DNA from: an uncultured Pseudomonadales bacterium
Lineage (GTDB): Bacteria > Patescibacteriota > Microgenomatia > UBA1400 > PJMF01
Direction: 5' to 3'
Assembly (NCBI GenBank): GCA_964521215.1
Contig: CAZFRD010000004.1
Span: 241-64,240, forward strand
Length of the DNA stretch: 64,000 nucleotides
The translations under genes and the position numbers were made by a program. Numbering within the stretch: position 1 is the first letter of the stretch; every line of letters begins with the position of its first letter. A model generated the notes under the pieces. The model saw only the letters and a list, made by a program, of their open reading frames with translations. It was not told the origin of the DNA and made no database searches. Below are positions 8,227-18,776 of this stretch, piece after piece.

Positions 8227-11076
8227 TTAGTCTTGCTTAGTGGTTACTTGAAGGTTGACTCCCACCGTGAGTTTGGCGTTAGTTTTGAGCTCAATTTCCG
8301 CTTGCCACTCCATCGGCCATTGGGGCAAGGTGACTTCAGCAATGGTGTCAAGGCTCAGACCAGCTTCTTTACGCAAGCCCTGAATGGTGCGAATAATTTC
8401 TCTGGCTTGACCTTCAGCAATCAAAGCTGGAGTCAAGTTGAGGTCTAGGTCTACCTCAACTTCATCAGTACCCTTGACCCATTCAACGGCTTTGACATTC
8501 AGTTCTTGTTTAATGATGTCTTGTAGATCGGGAGCGAGTTTGGCCGTAGCGGTTTTAACTTGGAGTGTGGCAAGCGGTTGTCTAACTTTGATTGCCTTTT
8601 CTTTCCTCATGGCGTGAGCTTTTTCGCATATTTTCTGCACTAAAGTCATCTGTTGTTCTAACTTTTCGTCAATGAGTTTGGTGTTAATTGTTGGCCAGTC
8701 GGTGAGATGCAAACTGCTTTCCGCCTCGACCACGTTTTGATAGATTAATTCGCTAAAAAAAGGAGTGATAGGTGCGGCCAGTTGTGAAAGGATAACCAAG
8801 ACCGTGTTGAGAACATGAGTTGATTGCTCGCGAGTGGCGGTCTGGCGGAATCTATCTCGACTTTGACGGATATACCAAGTGGAAAGCTCACTAACAAACT
8901 CAATTAAAGCTCTACCAGCCCTGACAACGTCGTATGTATCCAGGTAGGTGGTCACTTGGCTAATTAGTGAATGAGTGCGACTGATTATCCAGCGATCCAT
9001 AATATGAGTTGGGCGGCACTCCTTTAGAGGTAATGCCTGTGGTTGGGCAAACAATCGATAGAAGGAAAAGACATTCCACCAGATTAAAAATACTCGTTTG
9101 CGAATATCGGAGACCTCTTTTTCGTTAAAATTACTATTTTCGCCCTTCATCACAGAGGAGCTCATTAGATAAAGCCTCAGACTATCGACGCCGTATTTAT
9201 GAATCACCTCCATTGGATCGGGAAAGTTTTTTTTGGACTTGCTCATTTTACTACCGTCTGATGCCATGATTGTGCCCGTGGTGAGAGTATTTTCGACTGC
9301 CATTTTGTCGAAAATTCCGACCGACATCACGTGCATGGTATAAAACCAGGCACGAGTTTGGGCAATATACTCACTGACAAATTGAGCTGGATAAGTAGCG
9401 TCAAATAATGCCTTGTTTTCAAAAGGGTAATGTCGTGAGGCGTATGGCATCGAACCAGATTCCACCCAACAGTCGAAAACCTCTGGGATACGTGTGCCCT
9501 TAATAGTTTTTTGATCATCAATCCAAACTTCGATTTGGTCAACGTAATGTCGATGTAAATCACTCAAATCTTTGATGTCATCTGGGTTGACGGCCCAAGT
9601 TTTGAGTTCGGCAATCGAGCCAATGACGCGCTGTTCTCCCGTTGGTGCCTGCCAAACTGGCATGGGAGTGCCCCAGTATCTGGAGCGAGAAATATTCCAA
9701 TCAGGGGCATTTTCTAGTCCTTTGGCAAAGCGACCATTTTTTAAGTGCTGGGGATACCAATTCATTTTTTGATTTTCACTGAGAAGTTTGGGTTTGAGCT
9801 GCTGGACATCAATAAACCAAGCTGGTACAGGAGAATAATAGAGCCTCGTACTACAGCGGTAACAAACTGGTACGCTATGAGTGTGAGGTCGATCGGCATA
9901 AAGCAGGTCTCTTGCCAGTAATTCTTGATTAACTAGTGGGTTGACCTCGGCGATCGATAACCCTGCCCATGGTTTAACTTCAGGTTTAATTTTGCCCTCT
10001 TCATCCACATGTTCGGCCATTTGAATCTGTTCGGCCTGCATCACTCGGAAATCATCCTCGCCATAAACTGCTAGGGTGACCACTCCCGTGCCTTCTTCGG
10101 CAGTCACAAATGGATCAGCCACTATTACGCCGAAGCGCTCTGCGGTTGAGCGTTGGGGATAAAAATCGTAGTGGGGGGTAAATTTGAGTTGAGTTAATTC
10201 TTTGCCAGTGAAATTTTTTTCGATTGTATATGGCTGATCATTAAGTATCGCGAGCGTAGAACGGGCTAAGATGTAGTGTTGATTATCTTGGAAGACTTGG
10301 ACATATTCTAGATCTGGATGCACGGCAAGCGCTGGCGTGACGATTTTGTTCCACGGCGTGGTAGACCAAGCGAGAATATAAGTTGAGTCTTGACCCACGA
10401 TTGGATATTTGTAGGTTGTAGCGGTATCAGTAATTGTTTCATAACTATTATCCATGGCAATTTCGAAGTTAGACAGAGGGGTTGCACAGCGTGAGCAATA
10501 GAGAATTACTCTTTTGCCTTGGTAAATAAGGCCTTTTTTATTCAGTTCAGAAAACCCCCACCAAACCGACTCCATATAGGATCGGTCCATCGTCTTATAA
10601 CTATGTTCGAAGTCAACCCATCTGCCTAACCGAGCAATAATCTTTTCCCATTCTTGATCCAGACGTAATACTTCCGAACGACAGGCTTCGTTAAAAGTAT
10701 CTATGCCTCTGGCTTCAATTTCGCGTTTTCCTCCCGTAATTCCCAGTTTTTGCTCAATCATGTTTTCGATAGGTAATCCATGACAATCCCAGCCCCAGAC
10801 TCTCTCTACCCGATAGCCCTTCATGGTCCAGTAACGAGCAATGACATCCTTGCTGGTGGATCCAAGTAAATGGCCGTAATGGGGCATGCCGGTGGCAAAA
10901 GGAGGCCCATCATAAAAAACATACTGCTTCGTTTTTGGGCGCAGATTGACCGAGGCGGAAAAGGCACTAGTTTCATCCCAATAGGATTGCACCAGTTCTT
11001 CCAGCGCATCAAGCTGGGGAGCTTGCGGCAACTCTGAGAGGCGTAGATTGTTGGTTATTTGTTTTTTGTTGCTCAT
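8227..11076 (-). CDS. ileS: Isoleucine--tRNA ligase (type 2, eukaryote/archaea-like)
   Basis: 'YDGPPFATGMPHYGH', 'GWDCHGLP', 'DWNISRSRYWGTP', 'QTRAWFY', 'KMSKS'; IleRS2-type C-terminus (KVRQPL ... EG.ARE..R.IQ..RK). Start placed at MSNKK. Confidence 0.95.
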   Translation of the reverse strand: MSNKKQITNNLRLSELPQAPQLDALEELVQSYWDETSAFSASVNLRPKTKQYVFYDGPPFATGMPHYGHLLGSTSKDVIARYWTMKGYRVERVWGWDCHGLPIENMIEQKLGITGGKREIEARGIDTFNEACRSEVLRLDQEWEKIIARLGRWVDFEHSYKTMDRSYMESVWWGFSELNKKGLIYQGKRVILYCSRCATPLSNFEIAMDNSYETITDTATTYKYPIVGQDSTYILAWSTTPWNKIVTPALAVHPDLEYVQVFQDNQHYILARSTLAILNDQPYTIEKNFTGKELTQLKFTPHYDFYPQRSTAERFGVIVADPFVTAEEGTGVVTLAVYGEDDFRVMQAEQIQMAEHVDEEGKIKPEVKPWAGLSIAEVNPLVNQELLARDLLYADRPHTHSVPVCYRCSTRLYYSPVPAWFIDVQQLKPKLLSENQKMNWYPQHLKNGRFAKGLENAPDWNISRSRYWGTPMPVWQAPTGEQRVIGSIAELKTWAVNPDDIKDLSDLHRHYVDQIEVWIDDQKTIKGTRIPEVFDCWVESGSMPYASRHYPFENKALFDATYPAQFVSEYIAQTRAWFYTMHVMSVGIFDKMAVENTLTTGTIMASDGSKMSKSKKNFPDPMEVIHKYGVDSLRLYLMSSSVMKGENSNFNEKEVSDIRKRVFLIWWNVFSFYRLFAQPQALPLKECRPTHIMDRWIISRTHSLISQVTTYLDTYDVVRAGRALIEFVSELSTWYIRQSRDRFRQTATREQSTHVLNTVLVILSQLAAPITPFFSELIYQNVVEAESSLHLTDWPTINTKLIDEKLEQQMTLVQKICEKAHAMRKEKAIKVRQPLATLQVKTATAKLAPDLQDIIKQELNVKAVEWVKGTDEVEVDLDLNLTPALIAEGQAREIIRTIQGLRKEAGLSLDTIAEVTLPQWPMEWQAEIELKTNAKLTVGVNLQVTTKQD

Positions 11077-11154
11077 TGAATTTCCATAGTATCGCAATAA
11101 GTGAGGTGGGAGTCAACCGAGATTGTTTTGGTAGTATACCTATAATAACTTAAA

Positions 11155-11183
11155 TTGACATAGTTATAACTATATAGTACACT
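11155..11183 (+). promoter_or_regulatory. Sigma70-type promoter with a perfect 14-bp palindrome in its spacer
   Basis: TTGACA (11155-11160), N17, TACACT (11178-11183). ATAGTTATAACTAT at 11160-11173 is its own reverse complement. Confidence 0.65.
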
Positions 11184-11272
11184 ATGCAACAGTAAAATAA
11201 AGATCAAATATATAAACAATCTATACAAATATCAGTATCAATATATCAATAATAAACAAAGTCAAACAAAGC

Positions 11273-13009
11273 ATGCAAAAAAGAACCAATCAACCAATCC
11301 TTATTTACTCCGCTCAATCAAAATCAAAAAAACCAGTGACGGGGTTAAGGTTACTCGTAGTTGCGGTTTTTTCTCTTTTTGGAGGTATGTTCGCTTCTAC
11401 CCTTGGCTCAGTGCTATTACAAAAAGTTGGAGTTACTTCCACTGCACCCCAGGTTGCACAAGCAGTCTATGGTAGTACGGCCAGATGCTCGAATGCTGAC
11501 GGCGAGTGGAAAATCAATGCCATAGGTGAAAGTTATAACGCCGATAATGCATCTTATACTGGAATTTTTGATTTAGTTCCTCCCAGCGCAGTCACCACTG
11601 CAACCGATGTGGAAATCGATGGTCTAAAATTTTTCTGTCCGCTGGCTACTGGTCAAGATGGCGATGGTTCGCCTAGTTCAAATGGACAATGTGCCTTACA
11701 ATGGTACGTTCACACTGTCACTGGTGAAAGAATCAGATTTACTCAAGAAACTTCCACTTTTCACTTCAATACTGGTGATACAAATCCTAGAAGGATTGAA
11801 TATACTCTTTCTAATGCTCCCCCGCGTTGTGGCGGATATCAGTTGGATTTGGGTTTTAAACAAATAGTGACGACAGCTCAAACTACTCAATGTAGTGGGA
11901 TCGTTTTAGGCAACTTAGCTCACGCTACCTGTACTTCGCCCAACTGTACCGTCGCAGGTTTTACGGGTGCCTCATGTAATATTCCAGCCAACTGTCCAGC
12001 CGATGCTTTGGCGGTTAATTTCACGAATGAGGGTGCTCAGGTGAATCTCCAATTGGGGATTTTTAACAACTCTCCACTTAAACCAGAAATCAATTATCGA
12101 GTTTACCGAGAATCAGGTAGTCATGGGGCGTGGCAGGGAGGTTGCACCTACGGTCAGTACGCTTGTTTTATCCCCAAAAGTTTTTATGCAAATTTTACGG
12201 CAGAAGAAAAACTTCAAGTAATTGTGAACGTTCATTTGGTCAGATCTGACGGAGTGGAACTAAATGTTTGTAGCTGGAATAGAGGTTGGGTGCCAGAACA
12301 ACCAGTTAATAATGAATACTTCTTGGGCAGTTGCAGCAATCAGTGTCAATTGATTAGAACTGTACCAGTGGTCACTCCTACAGCGACACCGACTCCAACC
12401 TTGTCTATCACTCCCACACCAACTAGTGTGATTACGGCTACTCCTACACCAACCGCCACGCCTACTCCCACACGTACACCCACCCCAACACCGACAATCA
12501 CAACGACACCAACGCCAACGGTCACCCCTACGCCAGTACCTCAATGTAATTCTCAGTGTAGAAGTGACTTAGAATGTCCAAAAGATTTATATTGCTACTT
12601 TGGACTTGGTCCAATTGTGCCCAACATTGGTCATTGTCGATTAAAATCTAACCCAACTGATCTGATGTGCAGGCCAAAGCCGACAGCTACTCCTACACCA
12701 ACTAACACTCCAACTCCTACGCTAACGGCTACGCCTACCCCAACTGCCACGGTGACGCCTACACCAACCGCCACCGCCACACCCACGCCGACGGTGACAA
12801 CTACTCCCAATCCAACTGCGACACCGACTCCAACCGCCACAATTACTCCAACACCTGAGATCAGAACCGTGGTTATCTACCGAGATGGCACTCCAGTTGA
12901 GCCTCATCAGCCAATTGATACGGGCGTAAATGCGGGGGAAGCAGTGGCAAGTGTCAGTATTTTTATCTCAGGATTAGCTTGGTTTATCAGGCAGAGAATC
13001 CTCTCCTAA
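11273..13009 (+). CDS. Cys-rich, Pro/Thr-repeat cell-surface protein with N-terminal TM/signal and C-terminal sorting-signal-like tail
   Basis: Hydrophobic N-terminal segment, Cys-rich ectodomain, two (TP)n tracts flanking a 6-Cys module, then C-terminal 'QPIDTG' + hydrophobic stretch + 'RQR'. Confidence 0.75.
   Translation: MQKRTNQPILIYSAQSKSKKPVTGLRLLVVAVFSLFGGMFASTLGSVLLQKVGVTSTAPQVAQAVYGSTARCSNADGEWKINAIGESYNADNASYTGIFDLVPPSAVTTATDVEIDGLKFFCPLATGQDGDGSPSSNGQCALQWYVHTVTGERIRFTQETSTFHFNTGDTNPRRIEYTLSNAPPRCGGYQLDLGFKQIVTTAQTTQCSGIVLGNLAHATCTSPNCTVAGFTGASCNIPANCPADALAVNFTNEGAQVNLQLGIFNNSPLKPEINYRVYRESGSHGAWQGGCTYGQYACFIPKSFYANFTAEEKLQVIVNVHLVRSDGVELNVCSWNRGWVPEQPVNNEYFLGSCSNQCQLIRTVPVVTPTATPTPTLSITPTPTSVITATPTPTATPTPTRTPTPTPTITTTPTPTVTPTPVPQCNSQCRSDLECPKDLYCYFGLGPIVPNIGHCRLKSNPTDLMCRPKPTATPTPTNTPTPTLTATPTPTATVTPTPTATATPTPTVTTTPNPTATPTPTATITPTPEIRTVVIYRDGTPVEPHQPIDTGVNAGEAVASVSIFISGLAWFIRQRILS
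12371..12857 (+). repeat. Two low-complexity Thr-Pro coding tracts (~12371-12541 and ~12680-12857)
   Basis: Degenerate ACN-CCN hexamer repeats encoding TPTPTAT...; synonymous positions vary between copies. Confidence 0.85.
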
Positions 13010-13028
13010 TTCAAAATCGAAATTAGTT

Positions 13029-13065
13029 AAAAGCGCCGATTGGTTGTGCCAATCGGCGCTTTTTT
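13029..13065. terminator. Bidirectional intrinsic terminator between the surface-protein gene and ftsZ
   Basis: Perfect inverted repeat AAAAGCGCCGATTGG-ttgtg-CCAATCGGCGCTTTT with A and T tracts on either side, between convergent genes. Confidence 0.9.
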
Positions 13066-13087
13066 CGTTGTTTAAGCGTTGGAAAGA

Positions 13088-14353
13088 TTATGACTTTGGC
13101 TTATTGTTTCTCAGAAAGGCGGGAATTTCAAAATCATCTGAAAAGTCATCACTCAAATCAGGCGCAGAGGGCTTAAAAGTTTCTTTGGTTGAGCTTAGTG
13201 CTTGATTGACGTCACTATCATTCACACCACTGGAATTTTGATTGAGTTGTGAAATGGTGGTTGGTTGGATGAAGCCAGTGGGTGCTCTATCAATGATGGG
13301 CTGAGCTTCCATCTGCTGGGTGGGTTCGAGACGTTGGCTGGAGTCTTTGCTATAAGCACCAAAGTAGGGACGAGAGCCAGACGAGTACTTCATATGTTTT
13401 TCATTAAAACCAGTGGCAATGACACTGATTTTAATTTTTGAACCCATCTCTTCGTTGATTGTTGCCCCAAAAATAATATTAGCATCGGGATCGGCGGCAT
13501 TGGCGATAATGTTGGATGCATCAGATACTTCAGTCATCGTTAAGTCACCACCACCAATGATGTTGTACAGAATCCCTTTGGCACCTTCGATGGAAATCTC
13601 GAGCAACGGCGAGGCGATTGCCATACGGGCAGCAGCGGTGGCTCGATTTTCTCCCGTAGCCTCACCAATGCCCATCAGAGCCGAGCCAGATTCTGCCATG
13701 ACAGTTTTGACATCTGCAAAGTCCACATTAATTAAACCTGGAACAGTGATTAGATCGGAAATCCCTTGGACACCCTGGCCCAGCACATTGTCGGCTAAGC
13801 GAAATGCATCAAGCAAAGTCATTTTTTTGTCCACAATATCCATTAGCCGCTGATTGGGAATGACAATCAGTGTATCGACACTGTCTCGCAGGCCTTCTAT
13901 GCCTTCTTCGGCGGCCTGCATGCGTTTAATGCCTTCAAAAGTGAATGGTTTAGTGACGACCGCCACTGTGAGCGCCCCACTTTCTTTGGCAATTTCGGCA
14001 ATGATTGGTGAAGCACCAGTACCAGTGCCACCGCCCATGCCGGCGGTAATGAAAACCATGTCGGTATCAAAGAGCAATTCCTTAATTTTATCGTATGACT
14101 CTTCGGCTGCGGTCTTACCCACATCTGGATCAGCCCCAGAACCCAAGCCTTTAGTAAAATTACTGCCAATTTGCAACTTAGTGTCTGCTTTTGAAGTGAG
14201 TAAGGCTTGGGCGTCAGTGTTGATGCTGATAAACTCCACGCCTTGAATTTGACCAGAGTCGATCATCGAATTGACGGCATTGCCTCCCCCTCCACCAACG
14301 CCGATGACCTTAATTTTTGCAAAGGTAGTATTGGTTGGTTTCACTAATGCCAT
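13088..14353 (-). CDS. ftsZ: Cell division protein FtsZ
   Basis: '[15 protein letters not shown]', tubulin signature 'GMGGGTGTG', 'INVDFADV', C-terminal 'EIPAFLR'. Confidence 0.98.
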   Translation of the reverse strand: MALVKPTNTTFAKIKVIGVGGGGGNAVNSMIDSGQIQGVEFISINTDAQALLTSKADTKLQIGSNFTKGLGSGADPDVGKTAAEESYDKIKELLFDTDMVFITAGMGGGTGTGASPIIAEIAKESGALTVAVVTKPFTFEGIKRMQAAEEGIEGLRDSVDTLIVIPNQRLMDIVDKKMTLLDAFRLADNVLGQGVQGISDLITVPGLINVDFADVKTVMAESGSALMGIGEATGENRATAAARMAIASPLLEISIEGAKGILYNIIGGGDLTMTEVSDASNIIANAADPDANIIFGATINEEMGSKIKISVIATGFNEKHMKYSSGSRPYFGAYSKDSSQRLEPTQQMEAQPIIDRAPTGFIQPTTISQLNQNSSGVNDSDVNQALSSTKETFKPSAPDLSDDFSDDFEIPAFLRNNKPKS

Positions 14354-14424
14354 AGTTTGGTATAGAAGCAATTACTTTTGCAAGTGTATCACGTCTGTTC
14401 CGCAGATCAACCACTAGTCAACGG

Positions 14425-15729
14425 CTAGGGCAGTAGCGAACGAAAGAATTGAATTATTTTCGTCGGAAAGTCAGTAATTTTGGCAAAAGGCATTTTTGAG
14501 AAGTTGAAACCGGCTTTATCCGAAGTTTGCATTTGCTTGGCCCCATAGACCAACAAACCAATAGCTGTTGAATAGGTTGGGCTATGAATATCACTGGTTA
14601 AACCCTGCAACTCCTGAGGTAGTCCAATTCTGGCCGGTAGCTGGAGAGTGTGTTTAGCGACCTCGGTTAGCATGACGGATTGTGCGCCACCCCCCGTGAT
14701 CACCAGACCTGCGGGTACCAACGAAAACAACTTTTTTTTCTCTAGCTGATCTCCCACTAAGCTAATTAATTCCTTCATGCGGGGAACCATGATTCCCTCA
14801 ACGACTGATTTTTTCGAGATTGAATCATTTTCGTCCAAGACGCCAATATCGCTGAGTTGCAAAGAGTCATGCAACTTTTTCCTTTTACTAAAATCTTGTT
14901 TTGATTCTCCAGGGTGAGGATTGAGTGGCTTGAGATTTTCTTGGGATAAATGAGTTTTAATTTTTTCTGCTGCGTCTAAACTAACCCGACAGCCAAGAGC
15001 AATATCCTGAGTAATATGACGAGCGCCGATGGGTAAACTGGCCGAGTACTCAAGCGAACCGTCTACATAGGCGCAAAGTGAAGTTGAACCGGCGCCAATG
15101 TCGAGCGACACCACTCCCAACTCTTTTTCTGTTTCTGAAAGTACAACTTCGGCGCTTGCTAGACCGGAGAAAACAAAGGCATCAAGATTGATGCCTAAAT
15201 CTAAAATACATTTTTCTAAATTTCTCATTGTCGTGGTGAGACCGGTAATAATATGCGCCTCGGTTTCTAGGCGAACGCCAGTCATGCCGATAGGATCTTT
15301 AATGCCCTCCTGAGAGTCGACCGAAAAACACTTGGGAATAATATGAATCACTTCTCGATCCGAAGGAAGGGAGATGGCTCTGGCTGCTTCGATAACTCGA
15401 GTGACGTCGTCGGCAGAAATCTCTTGATCCGGTGCGGCAACCGCCACCACGCCTTTTGAGTTGAGGGAGCTGATGTGAGAGCCAGATATCGATACATAAG
15501 CACTTTTAATCTCCACTCCCGCCATACGTTCAGCGGAATCTAGACTTTCAGTGACTGATATAAGCACCTGTTCTAGGTCAATGATCTGACTCTTTTTTAC
15601 GCCTTTCGAAGGAATGGCCGCTACTCCCATGACACGAATAACACGCGTTTCTTTATCGATCGCCGCAATCACCGTCACGCATTTGTCGGTGCCTACATCT
15701 ATCGCTGTAACTATATCGGCTCTTGCCAT
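14425..15729 (-). CDS. ftsA: Cell division protein FtsA
   Basis: 'AIDVGTDK', 'DPIGMTGVRLE', 'EKELGV..LDIGAGST', 'TGGGA'. Confidence 0.96.
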   Translation of the reverse strand: MARADIVTAIDVGTDKCVTVIAAIDKETRVIRVMGVAAIPSKGVKKSQIIDLEQVLISVTESLDSAERMAGVEIKSAYVSISGSHISSLNSKGVVAVAAPDQEISADDVTRVIEAARAISLPSDREVIHIIPKCFSVDSQEGIKDPIGMTGVRLETEAHIITGLTTTMRNLEKCILDLGINLDAFVFSGLASAEVVLSETEKELGVVSLDIGAGSTSLCAYVDGSLEYSASLPIGARHITQDIALGCRVSLDAAEKIKTHLSQENLKPLNPHPGESKQDFSKRKKLHDSLQLSDIGVLDENDSISKKSVVEGIMVPRMKELISLVGDQLEKKKLFSLVPAGLVITGGGAQSVMLTEVAKHTLQLPARIGLPQELQGLTSDIHSPTYSTAIGLLVYGAKQMQTSDKAGFNFSKMPFAKITDFPTKIIQFFRSLLP

Positions 15730-15797
15730 AATTGTATGTTATACCATTGCGTCTGCAATAAAATCCTACTCAATTTACGTTTGTAAGCATAGCAAAT

Positions 15798-16559
15798 CTA
15801 GAGTGACTTGCGTAGTACCGGCAATGAAAAACGCACATCAAGATAAGAATCTGCTTGTAATTTCTCTGATAGGATTGAGGTGCCAGCTAATAAGACTAAG
15901 CGATCTAGATTTGCCTCAAGTTCTATTGGGTCAATGACCACTCGATCAATCGACGGTAAGGCTAGCACCCAGGCGTGTTGACCTATTAGCCTTACTTCTT
16001 GACACTGCAACTGACGAACTTCAAGCACGTCAAGCAATAATCTCAACTGATCATGCAAGTCAAACCGAATTTGCTTGTTGGATAGCATTTCATTTTGATT
16101 GAAAGGATCGAAACTATTATTTTCGTTCAAGGAGAAAACTATGGTGCAGTAATTACTAATATCCTGCGTTGATATATCTGTTAGTGGAATTAAGCCACCA
16201 AGCTCAGTGACGAAGTATTGATCGGTGGCAAATTTTACCAAATAAACTGGGTCAATTGGTTGAAGCACTATCTTAACCTCTCCCAACAAAGTCTTGGTAA
16301 TCGCTTGTACTTTGAACCGCTGATTAACCGAGGCTAAGGTCTGAATTTTTTGAGTCAAATTTGAAAATAACAGACGACTGCTTGGCAAAGACTGAAGCTC
16401 GCTTTCGACGTCTGCGGGACAGCCGGAAAGGTTGGTGAGTTGACAAGTCACATGCCTTATTTGTAGTAGATTAGAAGCCAGCACCAACAGAAGCATCACT
16501 GCCAAAACCACTGCAAGACTAGAAGTGAGCTGAAACCACTGTTTAGTTGGATTGGACAT
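15798..16559 (-). CDS. ftsQ: FtsQ/DivIB-like cell division protein (divergent)
   Basis: Single N-terminal TM, POTRA-like region, C-terminal 'YLDVRF..PV'; lies between murG and ftsA. Confidence 0.6.
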   Translation of the reverse strand: MSNPTKQWFQLTSSLAVVLAVMLLLVLASNLLQIRHVTCQLTNLSGCPADVESELQSLPSSRLLFSNLTQKIQTLASVNQRFKVQAITKTLLGEVKIVLQPIDPVYLVKFATDQYFVTELGGLIPLTDISTQDISNYCTIVFSLNENNSFDPFNQNEMLSNKQIRFDLHDQLRLLLDVLEVRQLQCQEVRLIGQHAWVLALPSIDRVVIDPIELEANLDRLVLLAGTSILSEKLQADSYLDVRFSLPVLRKSL

Positions 16560-17664
16560 TTTGAATCAAGTCAAATAATAACTCACAACTATTTAGTGAA
16601 CGTGAATTCTGTTGTAGCGATGCTTTCATCTGCCCCAACTGAGGTTTTACTCGATCAAGAGCGTGTAATAATGAGGTCGGATTGAGTTGCTTTTGGTCAA
16701 TTAGCAGTGCACCGCCAAGACTTTGCATTGCCTCTGCATTTTGTTTTTGCTCATTCTGGTGGGAAAAAGGGAGGGGAATTAAAATCGATGGAATGGCAAA
16801 ACTAATTAACTCCTCGACTGTATTAGCTCCAGCACGAGATATAACTAAGTTGGCATGTTGGTAGATCCAAGCCAACTCTTGGTCTAGTATCCACTCACGA
16901 ATGAAGTATCTTTTTTGTCCACTAGCACTCAATTTGGCGGCGGCGGAATTAAGCTCTTGTTGATAGTCACGGTCCTTGGAGGCCGTGCCACACTGATGGA
17001 TTACTAACCAGTTTTTGGTCAGATTATCGAGTAGTTGCATAATGGTGGCATTCAAAATTTCTGAACCCTGAGAGCCACCGGTTATATAAAGAATTGGTCT
17101 GTCAGCTTGATTAGTTAACCACGCTGGCTTTGTTTGGTTGGGATTGTGGAGTGCTTGGCGCAGAGGGTTACCGACGACCTGAGATTTTGACTTGTCAACT
17201 TGAGTCATAGATTCGACGTGAGCGAGGCCAATTTTTTTTGCAAAAATTCCAATCACGCGGTTGGCCATACCCAAGCCATGAGTTTGCTCGTGAGTGATTA
17301 TGGGGATGCGTAACAGCCAGGCCGCAAGTGCCAGTGGTACTCCCAGATAACCGCCGAATGTCAAAACCACAGTTGGTCGGATCTGGATTAATAATTTGAG
17401 TGCCTTGGGGACAGTGATGATTAGCAACAATAGGTGAAACAACTGGAAAAAAGTGTGGGCCGCAATTAATTTTCCAGAATCGAAGGCAATAAACTGTATT
17501 TGTCTTTTTTCTATCTCCTCTTTTTCATGCGCTGGCTGTTTTGAGCGTTTTCTGGCATAAAGTCGGCCAACAAAAATAATTGCGACATCTGGGTGAGCTA
17601 CCCGAAGATAGTCAATGAAAGCCAGCGCTGGTGTGAGATGACCGCCCGTAATGAGTAGCTTCAT
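16543..17664 (-). CDS. murG: Lipid II GlcNAc transferase MurG
   Basis: 'TGGHLTPA', 'FGGY', 'HEQT...G.AN', 'GNPLR', 'TGGSQGS', 'SRAGANT', 'EQ..NA'. Confidence 0.95.
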   Translation of the reverse strand: MKLLITGGHLTPALAFIDYLRVAHPDVAIIFVGRLYARKRSKQPAHEKEEIEKRQIQFIAFDSGKLIAAHTFFQLFHLLLLIITVPKALKLLIQIRPTVVLTFGGYLGVPLALAAWLLRIPIITHEQTHGLGMANRVIGIFAKKIGLAHVESMTQVDKSKSQVVGNPLRQALHNPNQTKPAWLTNQADRPILYITGGSQGSEILNATIMQLLDNLTKNWLVIHQCGTASKDRDYQQELNSAAAKLSASGQKRYFIREWILDQELAWIYQHANLVISRAGANTVEELISFAIPSILIPLPFSHQNEQKQNAEAMQSLGGALLIDQKQLNPTSLLHALDRVKPQLGQMKASLQQNSRSLNSCELLFDLIQNVQSN

Positions 17665-18767
17665 ATTTTTTCTGTTGTATTACCCGTCCTAATGATTATG
17701 GCACAAGCGAAGAGAGTCATCACCTGCGAAGAGCGACCGTAAGAGAAAAATGGTAGTGGGATCCCAGTTAGAGGAACCAAGCCGACGACGGCAGCTAAAT
17801 TGAGTGTGGTTTGCAACATAATCCAACTCAACATACCTAGGGCCAACAATCGTTCGTTGTCACTCACGGTGCTGTTTTGAATCATGCGGTACCCAGAGTA
17901 AAATAATGTAACAAAGAGCAGGCAGATAACGACCGAACCAACAAAACCAACTTCTTCTGCGATAATAGCAAAAATAGAGTCAGTCGTGGACTCGGGAATA
18001 TAGGCATATTTTTGGTTTGAATTGCCCAGTCCTTGGCCCCACAATCCCCCCCTACCCAACGCTAATGAGATCTGGCGGATGTGAAATGAGGCACCAAGTG
18101 GGTCTGAATCGGGGTTAATGAAACTGGTTAGGCGTTGGAGTCGATAGGGTGAGGTGATAATTAAAATCAGTAAAATTGGTACGCTAATCAGACTCATGGT
18201 AAAAAGTAGCTTGAGTTTTCCACCAGCTAAGTAGTAGAGAATAATGGAAATACCTAGTACAACTAAAAATGAACCCATATCAGGTTGCAGCAGTAGTAGG
18301 AAGGCGGGCAGTGCTAAGACGATTAAAAATTGAGAGATTTGTTTCTGCTTGATGAGCCAACCAGATAAGTACATAATCAAAGCGCCTTTGAAGAACTCAA
18401 CTGGTTGAAAACGAATAGAACCAAGAGCAAACCACCGACGAGCACCATTGAGGTCAAGACCCACGCCGGGGATAAAAACTAAGAGGAGCAAGCAGAGTCC
18501 GAAGATATAAGCCAGCGGTCCAAGCTTCAGCCAGATGCTGGGTTTAATGAATAAGCCAATTGTAAAAAAGACAAAGGCAATGAGCAATCCTAGTAGGTGC
18601 TGTTTAAATAAATAATAAGGATCGGAAAAGGTGGCGGCACTTTCGACCAAAGATATATCCAACATAAAGAGTGTGCCCAAAGCCAGCAGGACCACTAAGA
18701 CGCTTAGAAAAAGGGATTGCCAACGATTAAGTAACCGAGGGGACTGGAGCAATCTACGTTTATGCAT
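17661..18767 (-). CDS. ftsW: Peptidoglycan polymerase FtsW (SEDS family)
   Basis: 'NGARRW...FQPVE', 'QPDMG', 'YRLQR', 'G.G.GNS.QK', 'PE..TDSIF'; position in dcw cluster. Confidence 0.92.
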   Translation of the reverse strand: MHKRRLLQSPRLLNRWQSLFLSVLVVLLALGTLFMLDISLVESAATFSDPYYLFKQHLLGLLIAFVFFTIGLFIKPSIWLKLGPLAYIFGLCLLLLVFIPGVGLDLNGARRWFALGSIRFQPVEFFKGALIMYLSGWLIKQKQISQFLIVLALPAFLLLLQPDMGSFLVVLGISIILYYLAGGKLKLLFTMSLISVPILLILIITSPYRLQRLTSFINPDSDPLGASFHIRQISLALGRGGLWGQGLGNSNQKYAYIPESTTDSIFAIIAEEVGFVGSVVICLLFVTLFYSGYRMIQNSTVSDNERLLALGMLSWIMLQTTLNLAAVVGLVPLTGIPLPFFSYGRSSQVMTLFACAIIIRTGNTTEKI

Positions 18768-18776
18768 GTGAGACTA

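Noticed and set aside
12371-12857. Possible CRISPR array or VNTR
   Set aside because: Degenerate in-frame codon repeats with no identical 23-47-nt repeats, no spacers and no cas genes.
12260-12907. Antisense Val-Gly-rich and Arg/Trp/Cys-rich ORFs
   Set aside because: Reverse-complement readouts of the Thr-Pro repeat tracts.
13413-14246. Long antisense ORFs opposite ftsZ (and similar ones opposite mraY, ftsA, ruvB, GTs)
   Set aside because: Shadow frames in codon register with well-conserved genes; no motifs or independent expression signals.
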